From positions 1,920,001-1,984,000 of the forward strand of contig CAVOXA010000010.1 of the NCBI GenBank assembly GCA_963700285.1: a stretch of 64,000 bases of DNA. The letters run 5' to 3'. Position numbers and translations under genes: made by a program. This document shows, piece by piece, positions 28,808 through 37,680 of this stretch. The number at the start of each line of letters is the position of its first letter. Within the stretch, counting starts at the first letter, position 1. Below the pieces are notes generated by a model. That model was not told the DNA's origin. It did not search any database and was given only the letters and a program-made list of their open reading frames with translations. The stretch is from an uncultured Chloroflexia bacterium. GTDB taxonomy: Bacteria; Chloroflexota; Anaerolineae; JAAYZQ01.

Positions 28808-29869
28808 ATGTCCCAAGGGAGAGAGAGAATGCGGGGTCGGCTTCGCGCTACGACGGTTGCTGTTGCAGTGTTGCTTGTGGCGATGGGGATCCTTGCCGTC
28901 GTGGTGGCTGGCTCCACCCTGGATGGCGCGTTGTATGAGGGTTCGGACTCTCAAGCGTTCCTACCAGTGGTAATGCAACCTCTGCCGACGCCATCCACTC
29001 CACCCATTTCTGTCCAGCGTTATCGAATGGAGTATGCCATTCAGACTGCGGAGCAATATGTGTGGATGCCTGCTCCGCGCTATTGGGATGGCAATGGGGT
29101 ACGCCAACTCTCGATTCTTCAGGTTTCCCCTGCCCCAAAAGATCGCTTCCGAGAGAAGAATGGAACGGAGATAGTCTACTGGGAGAACCCCGCCCAGATA
29201 ACCCAGACGTTCAAGGTTGTTTTTGATACGGAGATTGGCTTGCTGGAGTACGGCATTGACGAAAACAGACAGTGGGTGCCCTATGATGCCCTCTCAGATC
29301 TGTATCAGAAGAACACCGCGGCGACCATACACACACAAGTAGACCATCCGGAGATTCAAAGTCAGGCGAAACTGATCATTGGCGACGAGGCAAATCCATA
29401 CCACAAAGCGAAGCTGATCCATCGGTGGGTAGCGCAGAACATCGGAGAGGGCGACGGACCTGAAGATGCACTCTCAACTCTGCGGCGCGGGACTGCTGCC
29501 TGTGGAGGCCATGCCAACCTCTTTACAGCTCTGTGCCGGGCTAGCGGGGTGCCGGCTCGCAACGTATCGGGAATGCATAATCCTCGCGGGACGCTCTTCC
29601 AAAGCGGAAGCTTGCTTGACGGAACCCTGGGCTTTCATGTTTGGTCTGAGTTCTACCTACCTGACTACGGTTGGGTGCAGGTTGAGCCATCCGTGGACGC
29701 CATGTTCACACAGATTGACAGAGCCCGGCTACCAACCTCTAAGGGCAATGACATACATCTGGGGAACGGTCATGCTTGGGATGAGCTGTTCTGGTTTCAT
29801 GTTCCGTGGCATCGGACTAGTCAGCTAGAGCATAGTCCCGTGTGGTTGACGGTTACGAGGCTGCCCTAG
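28808..29869 (+). CDS. Secreted transglutaminase-like (Cys-His) domain protein
   Basis: N-terminal hydrophobic signal; AACGGHANLFTALCRASGVPAR and FHVWSEFYLPDYGWVQVEP; TTGCGG-17bp-TATACT promoter at 28758-28786. Confidence 0.85.
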   Translation: MSQGRERMRGRLRATTVAVAVLLVAMGILAVVVAGSTLDGALYEGSDSQAFLPVVMQPLPTPSTPPISVQRYRMEYAIQTAEQYVWMPAPRYWDGNGVRQLSILQVSPAPKDRFREKNGTEIVYWENPAQITQTFKVVFDTEIGLLEYGIDENRQWVPYDALSDLYQKNTAATIHTQVDHPEIQSQAKLIIGDEANPYHKAKLIHRWVAQNIGEGDGPEDALSTLRRGTAACGGHANLFTALCRASGVPARNVSGMHNPRGTLFQSGSLLDGTLGFHVWSEFYLPDYGWVQVEPSVDAMFTQIDRARLPTSKGNDIHLGNGHAWDELFWFHVPWHRTSQLEHSPVWLTVTRLP

Positions 29870-29965
29870 CCAGACTGCTACCCAGCCTATTTGTTTGCGG
29901 GCCGCGCTGAGCTGCACTCGGGGCGGTCCGCTGCTGATCTAGGGCTTTGAAGACAAGCGATTGGG

Positions 29966-31319
29966 CTACCAGCCGTCCTGCCGGTCCCAACGGTCTAGGG
30001 GAGGCAGGTGGCCGAGGCCGGCGGCGGTGGCGGCCTGGCGGCGGGCGTAGGCTTTGAGGCCGCGGTCGAAGTCTCTGAGGCGGGCGCTGGCCCACTCGCG
30101 GAACTTGCGGGGGACGCGGTAGCCGGGGGTTTCCATGATGCGCTCCTCGGCGACGTAGCCGACGGCGCCCTGGATGATGAGGAGGAGAGTTCCCTCCTGC
30201 GTCGGGACATGCTCGGCGTCGTCGGGGATGGTGGTGGCAGAGGCGCCGTCCAGGCCGTTGAGGGTGCAGAGGCGCTGGTACCAGACGCGGACGACGTCGC
30301 CGGACTGGGGCTCGGTGGATGAGTCAATGAAGAGGGTGTCGCCCCAGACCTCGTAGCTGATCCACTCGGGCGGGAACTTGGGCGAGCCGGCCGTGTAGGG
30401 CCACCAGACGCGGGTGACGCGGAGCAGGTCGGTGATGGTGGACAGGTCAATCTCGCGGCCGTTGGCGGAGAGGGTCAGAGTGGTGATGGTCTCCTGGGGG
30501 GCGATCTCGTTGAAGCGGCCGACGGCCCAGCGGATGGCCTCGTCGATGTCGGCCTGGTCGAAGGCGTAGGCGTAGCGCCACCAGGCGGGCTGGTCGTGGC
30601 GGATGCCGTAGCGTCCGCCGCAGCATCCGCCGATGCGGAAGGCTTTGCCGTGCTGGCTGGCCCAGTCGAGCAAGCGCTTGACGACGTCGGAGTCGACGGT
30701 CAGGGACTCGGATAGCTCGACGGCCCGCTGGTGGGCGGCGTAGTGGCAGGCGCCGTTGATGAGGTAGGTGATGTCATCGGCGGGGATGGTGGTCGACGTC
30801 GCGCCGTTGAGGCCGTTGAGGAGAGCGGGCGTGGAGTACCAGATTCTGACCTTTTCGCCGGTAGCGGGTTCGGTGCGGCTGTCGACGTAGAGGATGGCGC
30901 CGGGCCAGATGTCGAACTGGGCCCAGGCGGGCGGGTAGCCGGGGTCGGCGCTGTCGTAGGGCCACCAGACCTTGTGGACACGGAGGATGTCCGAAAGACT
31001 GGAGATGTCGATCTCGCGGCCATCAGCGGAGAGGGTCAGGGTGGTGACGGCCAGGCGGGGGCTGTGGCGGTTGTATTCCTCGATGGCCTTCTCGATGGCT
31101 TCGTCGACGACGTCGGCGTCCCATTTCTCGTTGCCGCTGTCCTGCAGGTGGAGCTCGACGCGGTCGCGGAGGGTGGATCAGGGTCTCGGTGGAGGAGAGA
31201 ACGGGGACGGGGTCGGGGGCGCCGTGGGCGTGCTCGAGCTGGGTGCGGACGCGGTCGCGGATGGCGTTGAGGGTCAGGCTGCTGGCGGTGGTGGCCGGGG
31301 TGCCGGTGCCGGTGGACAT
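29966..31319 (-). CDS. Phage head-tail adaptor-like protein with two copies of the domain, +1 frameshift near 31176
   Basis: Hand translation shows the frame open from about 31175 to 29966. The two repeats share DEAI...TTLTLSA.GREID.S...D.LRV..VWWPY....P..PP.W....W...L..DS.TEP..G..VR.WY....LNGL.GA..TTIP. Span 1354 = 451 codons + 1. Confidence 0.6.
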
Positions 31320-31330
31320 GGCGTTAGCTC

Positions 31331-31565
31331 GTTGGAAGGTTGGAACGTTGGAACGTTCGTGGGTGGCCGTTGCTGTTGACCGAGCCACGAATTGCACGAA
31401 TTCTGCGAATTGGGTTCATGGTGTCTCCCAAGCTCACCGCAAAGACGCGAAGGGCGCCAAGGTTTTCGGAAGACGGCTGGACTGTGGTCCAGCCGGAGCA
31501 GTTGGAAAGCAAGCCCCTCGTTGGGTAGTTGGGGATTGCTTCGTCGCTTCGCTCCTCGCAATGAC
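31331..31565. repeat. Cluster of four different short repeat / REP-like elements
   Basis: (GTTGGAAC)n-like run; AGCCACGAATTGCACGAATT; CACCGCAAAGACGCGAAGGGCGCCAAG (similar to 61911-61937); GGATTGCTTCGTCGCTTCGCTCCTCGCAATGAC. Confidence 0.7.
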
Positions 31566-31569
31566 GTGA

Positions 31570-31950
31570 TCACGAGACTGTCTCCTGGTCGGGGTTGGTG
31601 AAGTCCCAGCCGGCTTTTTGGCGCCAGACGTAGATGGTGCCGGCGTCGAGGTAGAAGGTGACCTGGCCGTTGGCGTTGGTGCGGCCGGAGGCGATGGTTG
31701 TGGTGCCGCCAGCGTCGCTGGTGACCCAGACGCGGGCGTCGGGAATGGGGCTGGCGTCGGCGTCGGAGGTCAGGGTGTAGGTGAAGGTGGTGGCACCGGT
31801 GCCCGCGCCGATGGCGGCGAGCTGGGGCTTGGTGTAGATAAAGACGGGCTCGATGCTGACGTTGGAGGTGCTGGAGCTGGCGGTCAGGAGGACCAGGTCG
31901 GCGCTGCTCTCGGCCTGGGTGAGCGTGAAGAGGTAGACGCCGGGGGAGAG
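31570..31950 (-). pseudogene. 5'-truncated phage virion-like protein fragment
   Basis: Open frame without a start: PGVYLFTLTQAESSADLVLL...TFTYTLTSDADASPIPDARVWVTSD...GRTNANGQVTFYLDAGTIYVWRQKAGWDFTNPDQETVS*. Confidence 0.6.
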
Positions 31951-31966
31951 CAGTGATCGATTGAGG

Positions 31967-32288
31967 TCAGAGCTCTTCGGCCAGTCTCAAAACCTCGGCA
32001 ACCACGACGTCGCTCAACCTAATCCCACCCTGGCGCAGTTGGTCGACCAGAGGCGAAACCGCTTCGACCAGACCAAGCTGCTTTGCTTTCAGCAGGACGC
32101 CCAAGGTTCCGGTCAGGGATAGGCCCAGCCTCTTTGCATGGCTCCTTGCCAGGCGCTCATCGATGATGACCAAGCCGGCTTCCATCTCCTGTGCCAGGGC
32201 AATCACTTCAGCCTCGCCCCGATCCAGGTCCGAGAGGAGATCGGCTCGGCGTGGCATTCACCACTACCAGTTGAGGACGATCAGGCAC
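31967..32288 (-). pseudogene. DUF3368 / PIN-domain protein with an internal deletion
   Basis: N-terminal MPDRPQLVVVNATP joins out of frame to LDRGEAEVIALA...IIDERLAR...GTLGVLLKAK; the middle of the domain is missing. Confidence 0.8.
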
Positions 32289-32536
32289 TGGCCAGATCCT
32301 CAGCCAGTTCCTTGGGCTTCTGCCCTACAGGTGACAGACCGAAACGGGTCAATTCGAACATGAAAGCCACCCGGCTCATCCCTGCCAGTTCAGCAGCCAC
32401 GCCGGTAGACACGCGGTCCTGTTCGTAGAGCTTTACTGCCAGCAGAAGCCGTGCTTCGTCCGCGAATTCCTGAGGGCTCTTTCAAAGAGAGCAACAAGTC
32501 ATCCGGATACGGTATAGCCAGTATATTCGTTGCCAT
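32281..32536 (-). CDS. UPF0175-family antitoxin-like protein, +1 frameshift near 32481
   Basis: MATNILAIPYPDDLLLSLK|SPQEFADEARLLLAVKLYEQDRVSTGVAAELAGMSRVAFMFEL; span 256 = 85 codons + 1. Confidence 0.8.
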
Positions 32537-32627
32537 CACCGGTCACCTCCCTCTGACATTTTAGCCCTCGTCTTTGCAGCTGTCAACGTCCTTCGAGTAG
32601 TCTGACAGTCCTGATGGGATTGCAGCC

Positions 32628-34142
32628 CTAGCCAAACATCGGCGCTAGCCGCCGGTAGAGCTCTAGATACTGGCTGTAGCCCTCCTGGTAGACGCTGGCC
32701 TGGCCCGGATCCGGCTCGATGGTCTCCCCCAGGCGCACCATGTTGGCCACGCCCTCTTCCAGGCTGCTGAAGGCGCCGGTCGCCGTCGCCGCCATCAGCG
32801 CCGCTCCCAAGCAGGCCGCGTCCTCAACCGCCACCGGCGTCAGTGGCTTTTGCAGCACGCTGGCCTTGATCTGCAGCCACAGCGCGCTCCGCGCCCCGCC
32901 GCCCAGGCTGCGTACTTTCTGCACGGGGACGCCCAACTGCTCGACGATGTCCAGGTTCGCCTTCAGCATGTAGGCCACCGACTCGATGATGGCCCGGATG
33001 AAATGGGCCCTGGTATGCCGCAGTGTAGCCCCATAAAAGACGGCCCGTGCCGCTGGATTGAACTCGGGACAGGCCGCTCCCTCCAGGTGGGGCAGGACGA
33101 TCAAGCCCTCGGATCCGGCGGGAACCTGGGCGGCCGCGGCCATCATGAGGTCGTAGGCATCGAGGCCAGCCTCGCGAGCCACCCGAGTCTCCAGGTCAAA
33201 GAATTGGTCGCGGAACCAGCGCAAGGCCATGCCCGCCGTCTGGCCCCAGGGCAGCAGGCAGTAGGAGTCCTGCCTCGCGTGATAGTGGCACGGCACACGC
33301 CGCCGGGGGTCGCAGCGGGGCCGCTCCAGTGTGGCCAGGACGGCCAGCGCCCCTCCCGTCGTCTCGGTCACGATACCAGGGGCGATGTTTCCCGCACCCA
33401 CCGCACCAGCGGCCTGGTCCATGGCCCCGGTGACGGCCAGTGTCCTGGTGCTGAGCCCCGAGCGCCTCAGCACCCTCCCTGCTGAGCGGGCCTACCAACT
33501 GCCCCCGGCTCCATCAGCCGGCCCATGTTTTCGGGGGACAGCCCAATGGCGTCCAACATCGGCTGCCACCAGGCTTTGCGCCGGATGTCCAGCATCAGGG
33601 ACAAAGTCTGCAGGGCCAATTCCGTGACGAACTGGTTCGTCAGCCGGTAGAGCAAATAGTCCTCAAGCAGCAGGAACCTGGCCGTCTGCTCAAAAGCCTG
33701 CGGCTCGTTGCGCTTTCAGCCACAGGATCTTGCAGGCGGGCCAGCCGGGCGCTACCTCAGGCTGGCCGGTGATGCGGTAGGTCTCTTCGATGTCGAACTG
33801 TTTTCCAAGCCACTCAGCTTCCTGCACCGCTCGGTTGTCCAGCCAGACGATGGCCCGGCGCGTAGGCCGGCCCTCACGGTCCACGGGAATCAGGGTCTCG
33901 CCCTGACTGGAGATGGCCAGGGCTTGGACCGAGTCCGCACCCAGGCCGCTGTGGCGCAGGGCATTTCGTACAGCGTTGCAAAGGGCCAGCCAGTACACCT
34001 CCGCATTCAGCTCAACCCAGGCAGGCGCCGGAGTCAGGAGCTGGTATTCTTGCCGGTCAAGCGCCAGCAGCCGGCCCTCCAGATCAAAGAGAGCGGCTTT
34101 GAGGGCGGTCGTCCCCGCGTCGATGCCCAGAAAAAGATCCAT
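32628..34142 (-). CDS. FGGY-family carbohydrate kinase (xylulokinase-like) with three single-base frameshifts (~33715, ~33497, ~33457)
   Basis: LGIDAGTT, WLDNRA, GAMDQAAGAVG, LPHLEG, GGGARS; spread over four track ORFs. Confidence 0.88.
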
Positions 34143-34170
34143 GGTTGAAATGGCCTTGTAGGAGCTACGA

Positions 34171-34202
34171 GACTTCCAAAGTCTCGGAAGACTTCGGAAG
34201 TC
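34171..34202. repeat. Palindromic REP-like element
   Basis: GACTTCCAAAGTCT-CGGA-AGACTTCGGAAGTC. Confidence 0.7.
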
Positions 34203-34213
34203 GAGGTTGGCAT

Positions 34214-35587
34214 CTATACCACTTTGATGCCCAGAAGCTGGCACAGGTCTGCCAGTTTCTGGCGATGGTCCCCGTAAGCGATGATATAGTGCTGGCCGTA
34301 GACCTTTTGCGCAAATTCGTCGACCGTGCAGTCGGGGATGAACTCGATGCTGGGCAACTGGGGCGCCGGCGGCAGCCAACCAGCCTCCTCCCAGGACCGC
34401 GGGGACACAGCCTCGCCGTGTACGATGTGCATCGTATAGCGGTCGCCCCGGCTGGCCAGGCGGCAGATGGTCGCTTCACCGGTCTTGACCTGGGAGATGT
34501 TCAGGATCCCGTCCTTTAGACCCCCGAAGCCCGGCCAGGGCAATACGCGTACCGGTCCGTCAACGACTTCTGAGGGCACATAGTCGGGCACGCCCATCAA
34601 CAAGCGGTCGGTAAAGAACTCGTAAAACTCCAGGTAGGCGCCCACCTGCCCCGTCAGATAGCGGACGATGAGCTGCGTTACGGCGCCCAGCCCGTCGTTC
34701 TCGGGGATGGAGGCCACGCCGCCCTTGTCGGCCAGAAGGAGCAGGGGCAGGGCCGGCGGAAAGTGCAGCAGTTTCTTTACGCCGTCGACGTCCACCAGCG
34801 AGATTGCCTCGTAGCCCCGCTCGGCCACCTTTTCCATGACCGCCAGGTACATGCGCACGCCGGTCTCCAGCGCAGAGTCGGGGACCGGCTGCTCAAAGGT
34901 CCATTCGCTCTCGAGTTCGGCCACCACCTCGCTGACCCTGGCTCGGTCCAGGGAATCCATCGTTTGCACGACTTCCAGCATCTGAAAGACCTCGATGTCC
35001 GGTCCTACTACCCGGCGCAGCGAGACGCCGTCTACCAGCGTGCCATACAGGGTCATGTCACGGTAGCCCATGAACCCGATCTTGGCCTGCTTCAGCAGGG
35101 AGGTAGCCCGAGCTACTTCACCAAAAGCCTTGACCTTGTCGGCGGCGGCATATGGTGCGTCGACCGTGTCATAGACGTACTTGAAGTTGAACCCCAGTGC
35201 CTCCATCGGATCTCGGAGCGCCGTGGTACCGGCCTGGCCTGCGGTCGTCACCAACCGGCCGTTTTCCCTATGTCCGGTGAGACCCCACAGTACCATCGGC
35301 TTGTGGGCAAAATGACTGATGACGTCGATGACGGTGTGGGACGGGATCCAGCCCGCGACACAGACGACCAGCAGGTCAAAGTCCTGGCGCGACAGCTCCT
35401 CGATGGCCCGCAGCTCGTCCACCCGCTCCGGGTCGTCGCTGACCGGCGCCGTGGCCACCAGCTCCATGTCCCGCGCTTCCAGCGCCTGCCTGGCCTCCAG
35501 GCATTTCTGCTCGATCATCTCTCTCGGGCTATAGACCTCACCAAAGCCTACAAAGCCGGCCCTTATCTTTCGTGTGTTCATGGCCAT
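34214..35587 (-). CDS. L-fucose/L-arabinose isomerase-family protein (second, divergent copy)
   Basis: PENDGLGA, GEATICRL, GQHYIIAYGD C-terminal isomerase motifs. Confidence 0.72.
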   Translation of the reverse strand: MAMNTRKIRAGFVGFGEVYSPREMIEQKCLEARQALEARDMELVATAPVSDDPERVDELRAIEELSRQDFDLLVVCVAGWIPSHTVIDVISHFAHKPMVLWGLTGHRENGRLVTTAGQAGTTALRDPMEALGFNFKYVYDTVDAPYAAADKVKAFGEVARATSLLKQAKIGFMGYRDMTLYGTLVDGVSLRRVVGPDIEVFQMLEVVQTMDSLDRARVSEVVAELESEWTFEQPVPDSALETGVRMYLAVMEKVAERGYEAISLVDVDGVKKLLHFPPALPLLLLADKGGVASIPENDGLGAVTQLIVRYLTGQVGAYLEFYEFFTDRLLMGVPDYVPSEVVDGPVRVLPWPGFGGLKDGILNISQVKTGEATICRLASRGDRYTMHIVHGEAVSPRSWEEAGWLPPAPQLPSIEFIPDCTVDEFAQKVYGQHYIIAYGDHRQKLADLCQLLGIKVV

Positions 35588-35790
35588 TCCTCCTCATTGA
35601 TAGCCGTCATCTGATGACCTTCAAAACGATGCTACTCGGGGCGAGAGACTGGCCGGGACATTTCTCCCAAAGTGGCTCAGGGCTGGGTGGCCGAACAGAT
35701 ACCAGATGGAGTGAAGGCAGTAAAGGTATGCAGTTCGCACTGGCTACCGGGCTCGTGCCGGAAGGTAGCGATCAGGGCCTCGTCCCTGGT

Positions 35791-37476
35791 CTAGTCCGCT
35801 ACCTCCAGATTCATGTCAGCCATCGGATGGGCGGCTCCGTCGGTCACGACATCCACTACGGCCGGTTTCTCCTGGTCAAGGGCTTGTTGGATGGCGTCCC
35901 GGATGTCCTCAGGCTGTTCCACCCGGATGCCGAAACATCCCATTTCCTCGGCGATTCTGGCAAAGTTGGTTTCCCGATACCGATAGGCAGCGTCAAGGTT
36001 GTGCCCGGGATGATCCTTGCCCGCGTTCTGGGCAAAGGGCGCAATCTGGCCAAGCATGCTGTTGTTGTTTACGATGGTGATGACCTGTATTCCCCACCGG
36101 CTGGCCGTCTCCAGCTCAGACAGGTGGTACCAGAGGGCGCCATCCCCGCAGAAGCAAAACACGGGCCTCTCGGGGGCGGCGCATTTTGCGCCGATTGCGG
36201 CCGGCAGGCTCCAGCCAAGCGAGCCGGCCGAACGGAGATATACCTGCTCCGGATGAGAGAAGTCGATCATGGTGCCCGACCAGATGGCCGAATAGCCCGT
36301 GTCCGCGACGAGGACGGCGTTCTCTGGCAGGATGTCCGCGATCTCTTTGCACAATCTCTCGGGCCGCACGGGTGCGGCATCCGAATCCCTTAGCGGCGCG
36401 ACGGCATCCCGCCATCTCTGGACAACCGCTTGGGCGTAGCGCACCCAGTCGCCCGGTTCACGCTGCGTGTCCAGACTGTTTAGGAGCGCCTGCAAGGTCT
36501 GCCTTGCGTCACCGACGAGGCCCATCGCTCCCGGATAGTTGCGGCCTATCTCTGCGGGATCGATGTCAAGCTGCAGGATACGCGTGCCTGTCGTGGGCAG
36601 CGTCCAGTTGCTGGTCACTTGATCCCCTGTCCCGCAACCGACGTAGAAGACCAGGTCGGCTTGAGAGACGATGTGGTTGGCGCAGGGTCGCCCGTACCCG
36701 CCAACAGGCCCGACAAACAGGGGGTGGCGGTCGGCCATCACGGCTTTGCCGTCAGGCGAGGCCGCGACAGGAATGGCCAAGCGCTCGGCCAACCGGACCA
36801 CCTGCTGGGCTGCCCCGGAGATGATGGCCCCTCGACCCACGACCATGACCGGTCTCTCTGCCTCCAGCAAGGCCTGGGTCGCTTGCCTCAGATCCCGCTC
36901 ATCGGGAACCGGCCTCCAGGCGGGATAGTACCTGTGCGCAGGCTCGACGACAACTTCTATCTCCCCCTCTGCTCCCTCCAGGAACTCACCAAAGAGACCC
37001 AGGACGTCGATGTGTACGGGCCCGGGAGCGGCTGTTGTCGCCTCGCGGAAGGCCTGGGGCAGGATGATGGGAAGTTGCTCCACAACGTCTACCTGAACAT
37101 TGTATTTGGTGAGGGTATCGTAGAGTGGATTGTGTAGGATCTCCTGGTAGGCATTGCGGTGTTGGTAGAGCAGTGGCTTGCTGCCGGTAACCGCGATGAC
37201 AGGCGAGTGGGCCAGATAGGCATCCTGCAAACCCGCGGCCAGGTTTGCAGCACCCACCGATTGGGCCATGCAGACGCCGGGCTTGCGGCTCATGCGTGCG
37301 TAGCCATCCGCCATGTAGGCAGCGGCTTTTTCCCCGTGCGTCACGATTCTCCGAATGCCCAGTCTCTCCATCTCGATCAGGCTCTTGGGGAGTATGATCT
37401 CCATATAGAAGACGTGCGTCACCCCATAGCCCTTCAACGTCTCGGCAATATGGCGTGCCCCTGTGATTCTAGACAC
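35791..37476 (-). CDS. Thiamine-pyrophosphate-dependent enzyme (acetolactate synthase-like family)
   Basis: HGEKAAAYMADGYAR, PGPVHID, GSLGWSLPAAIGA, GDGA...NN; SD AAGGAGG. Confidence 0.9.
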   Translation of the reverse strand: MSRITGARHIAETLKGYGVTHVFYMEIILPKSLIEMERLGIRRIVTHGEKAAAYMADGYARMSRKPGVCMAQSVGAANLAAGLQDAYLAHSPVIAVTGSKPLLYQHRNAYQEILHNPLYDTLTKYNVQVDVVEQLPIILPQAFREATTAAPGPVHIDVLGLFGEFLEGAEGEIEVVVEPAHRYYPAWRPVPDERDLRQATQALLEAERPVMVVGRGAIISGAAQQVVRLAERLAIPVAASPDGKAVMADRHPLFVGPVGGYGRPCANHIVSQADLVFYVGCGTGDQVTSNWTLPTTGTRILQLDIDPAEIGRNYPGAMGLVGDARQTLQALLNSLDTQREPGDWVRYAQAVVQRWRDAVAPLRDSDAAPVRPERLCKEIADILPENAVLVADTGYSAIWSGTMIDFSHPEQVYLRSAGSLGWSLPAAIGAKCAAPERPVFCFCGDGALWYHLSELETASRWGIQVITIVNNNSMLGQIAPFAQNAGKDHPGHNLDAAYRYRETNFARIAEEMGCFGIRVEQPEDIRDAIQQALDQEKPAVVDVVTDGAAHPMADMNLEVAD

Positions 37477-37493
37477 AGCTCCTCCTTTTTTGC

Positions 37494-37616
37494 TTATCCG
37501 CATTCCTCTGGCCGGTAGTATGCCTCTGAAATATTCCCCACAAACTGCGGCAGCTCTGGATGGCCCAGCATCTGCCGGATGGCGTGGGCTTCACCTGTGT
37601 GGAACCAGTAGTGGTA
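37494..37616 (-). pseudogene. 3' remnant of a DinB paralog
   Basis: YHYWFHTGEAHAIRQMLGHPELPQFVGN versus the adjacent gene's DHYWYHLGEAHAIRQLLGHRDLPQFVGD. Confidence 0.8.
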
Positions 37617-37680
37617 TTGGTGCGCGCAGTTTGGGTATAGCATTCGCCCTGACCACGCGAATCGTACTGGCGGGGCTAGG

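Larger units (their letters stand above)
26770..31950 (-). mobile_element. Decayed prophage-like remnant (virion structural gene fragments)
   Basis: Co-oriented ORFs with extreme C-ending codons, distinct from the flanks; adaptor-like and stabilization-protein-like sequences; 5'-truncated virion-like gene; no integrase, terminase or capsid gene. Confidence 0.65.

Noticed and set aside
28281-31402. 20-bp direct repeats as attL/attR sites
   Set aside because: The repeat is internally periodic like a dispersed element, phage-like genes lie on both sides, and there is no integrase or tRNA
27240-31956. Long plus-strand Gly/Val/Ala-rich ORFs (27240..28121, 30731..31270, 31618..31956) and similar antisense ORFs elsewhere (44543..45709, 60493..62100)
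   Set aside because: Shadow frames of GC-biased genes on the opposite strand
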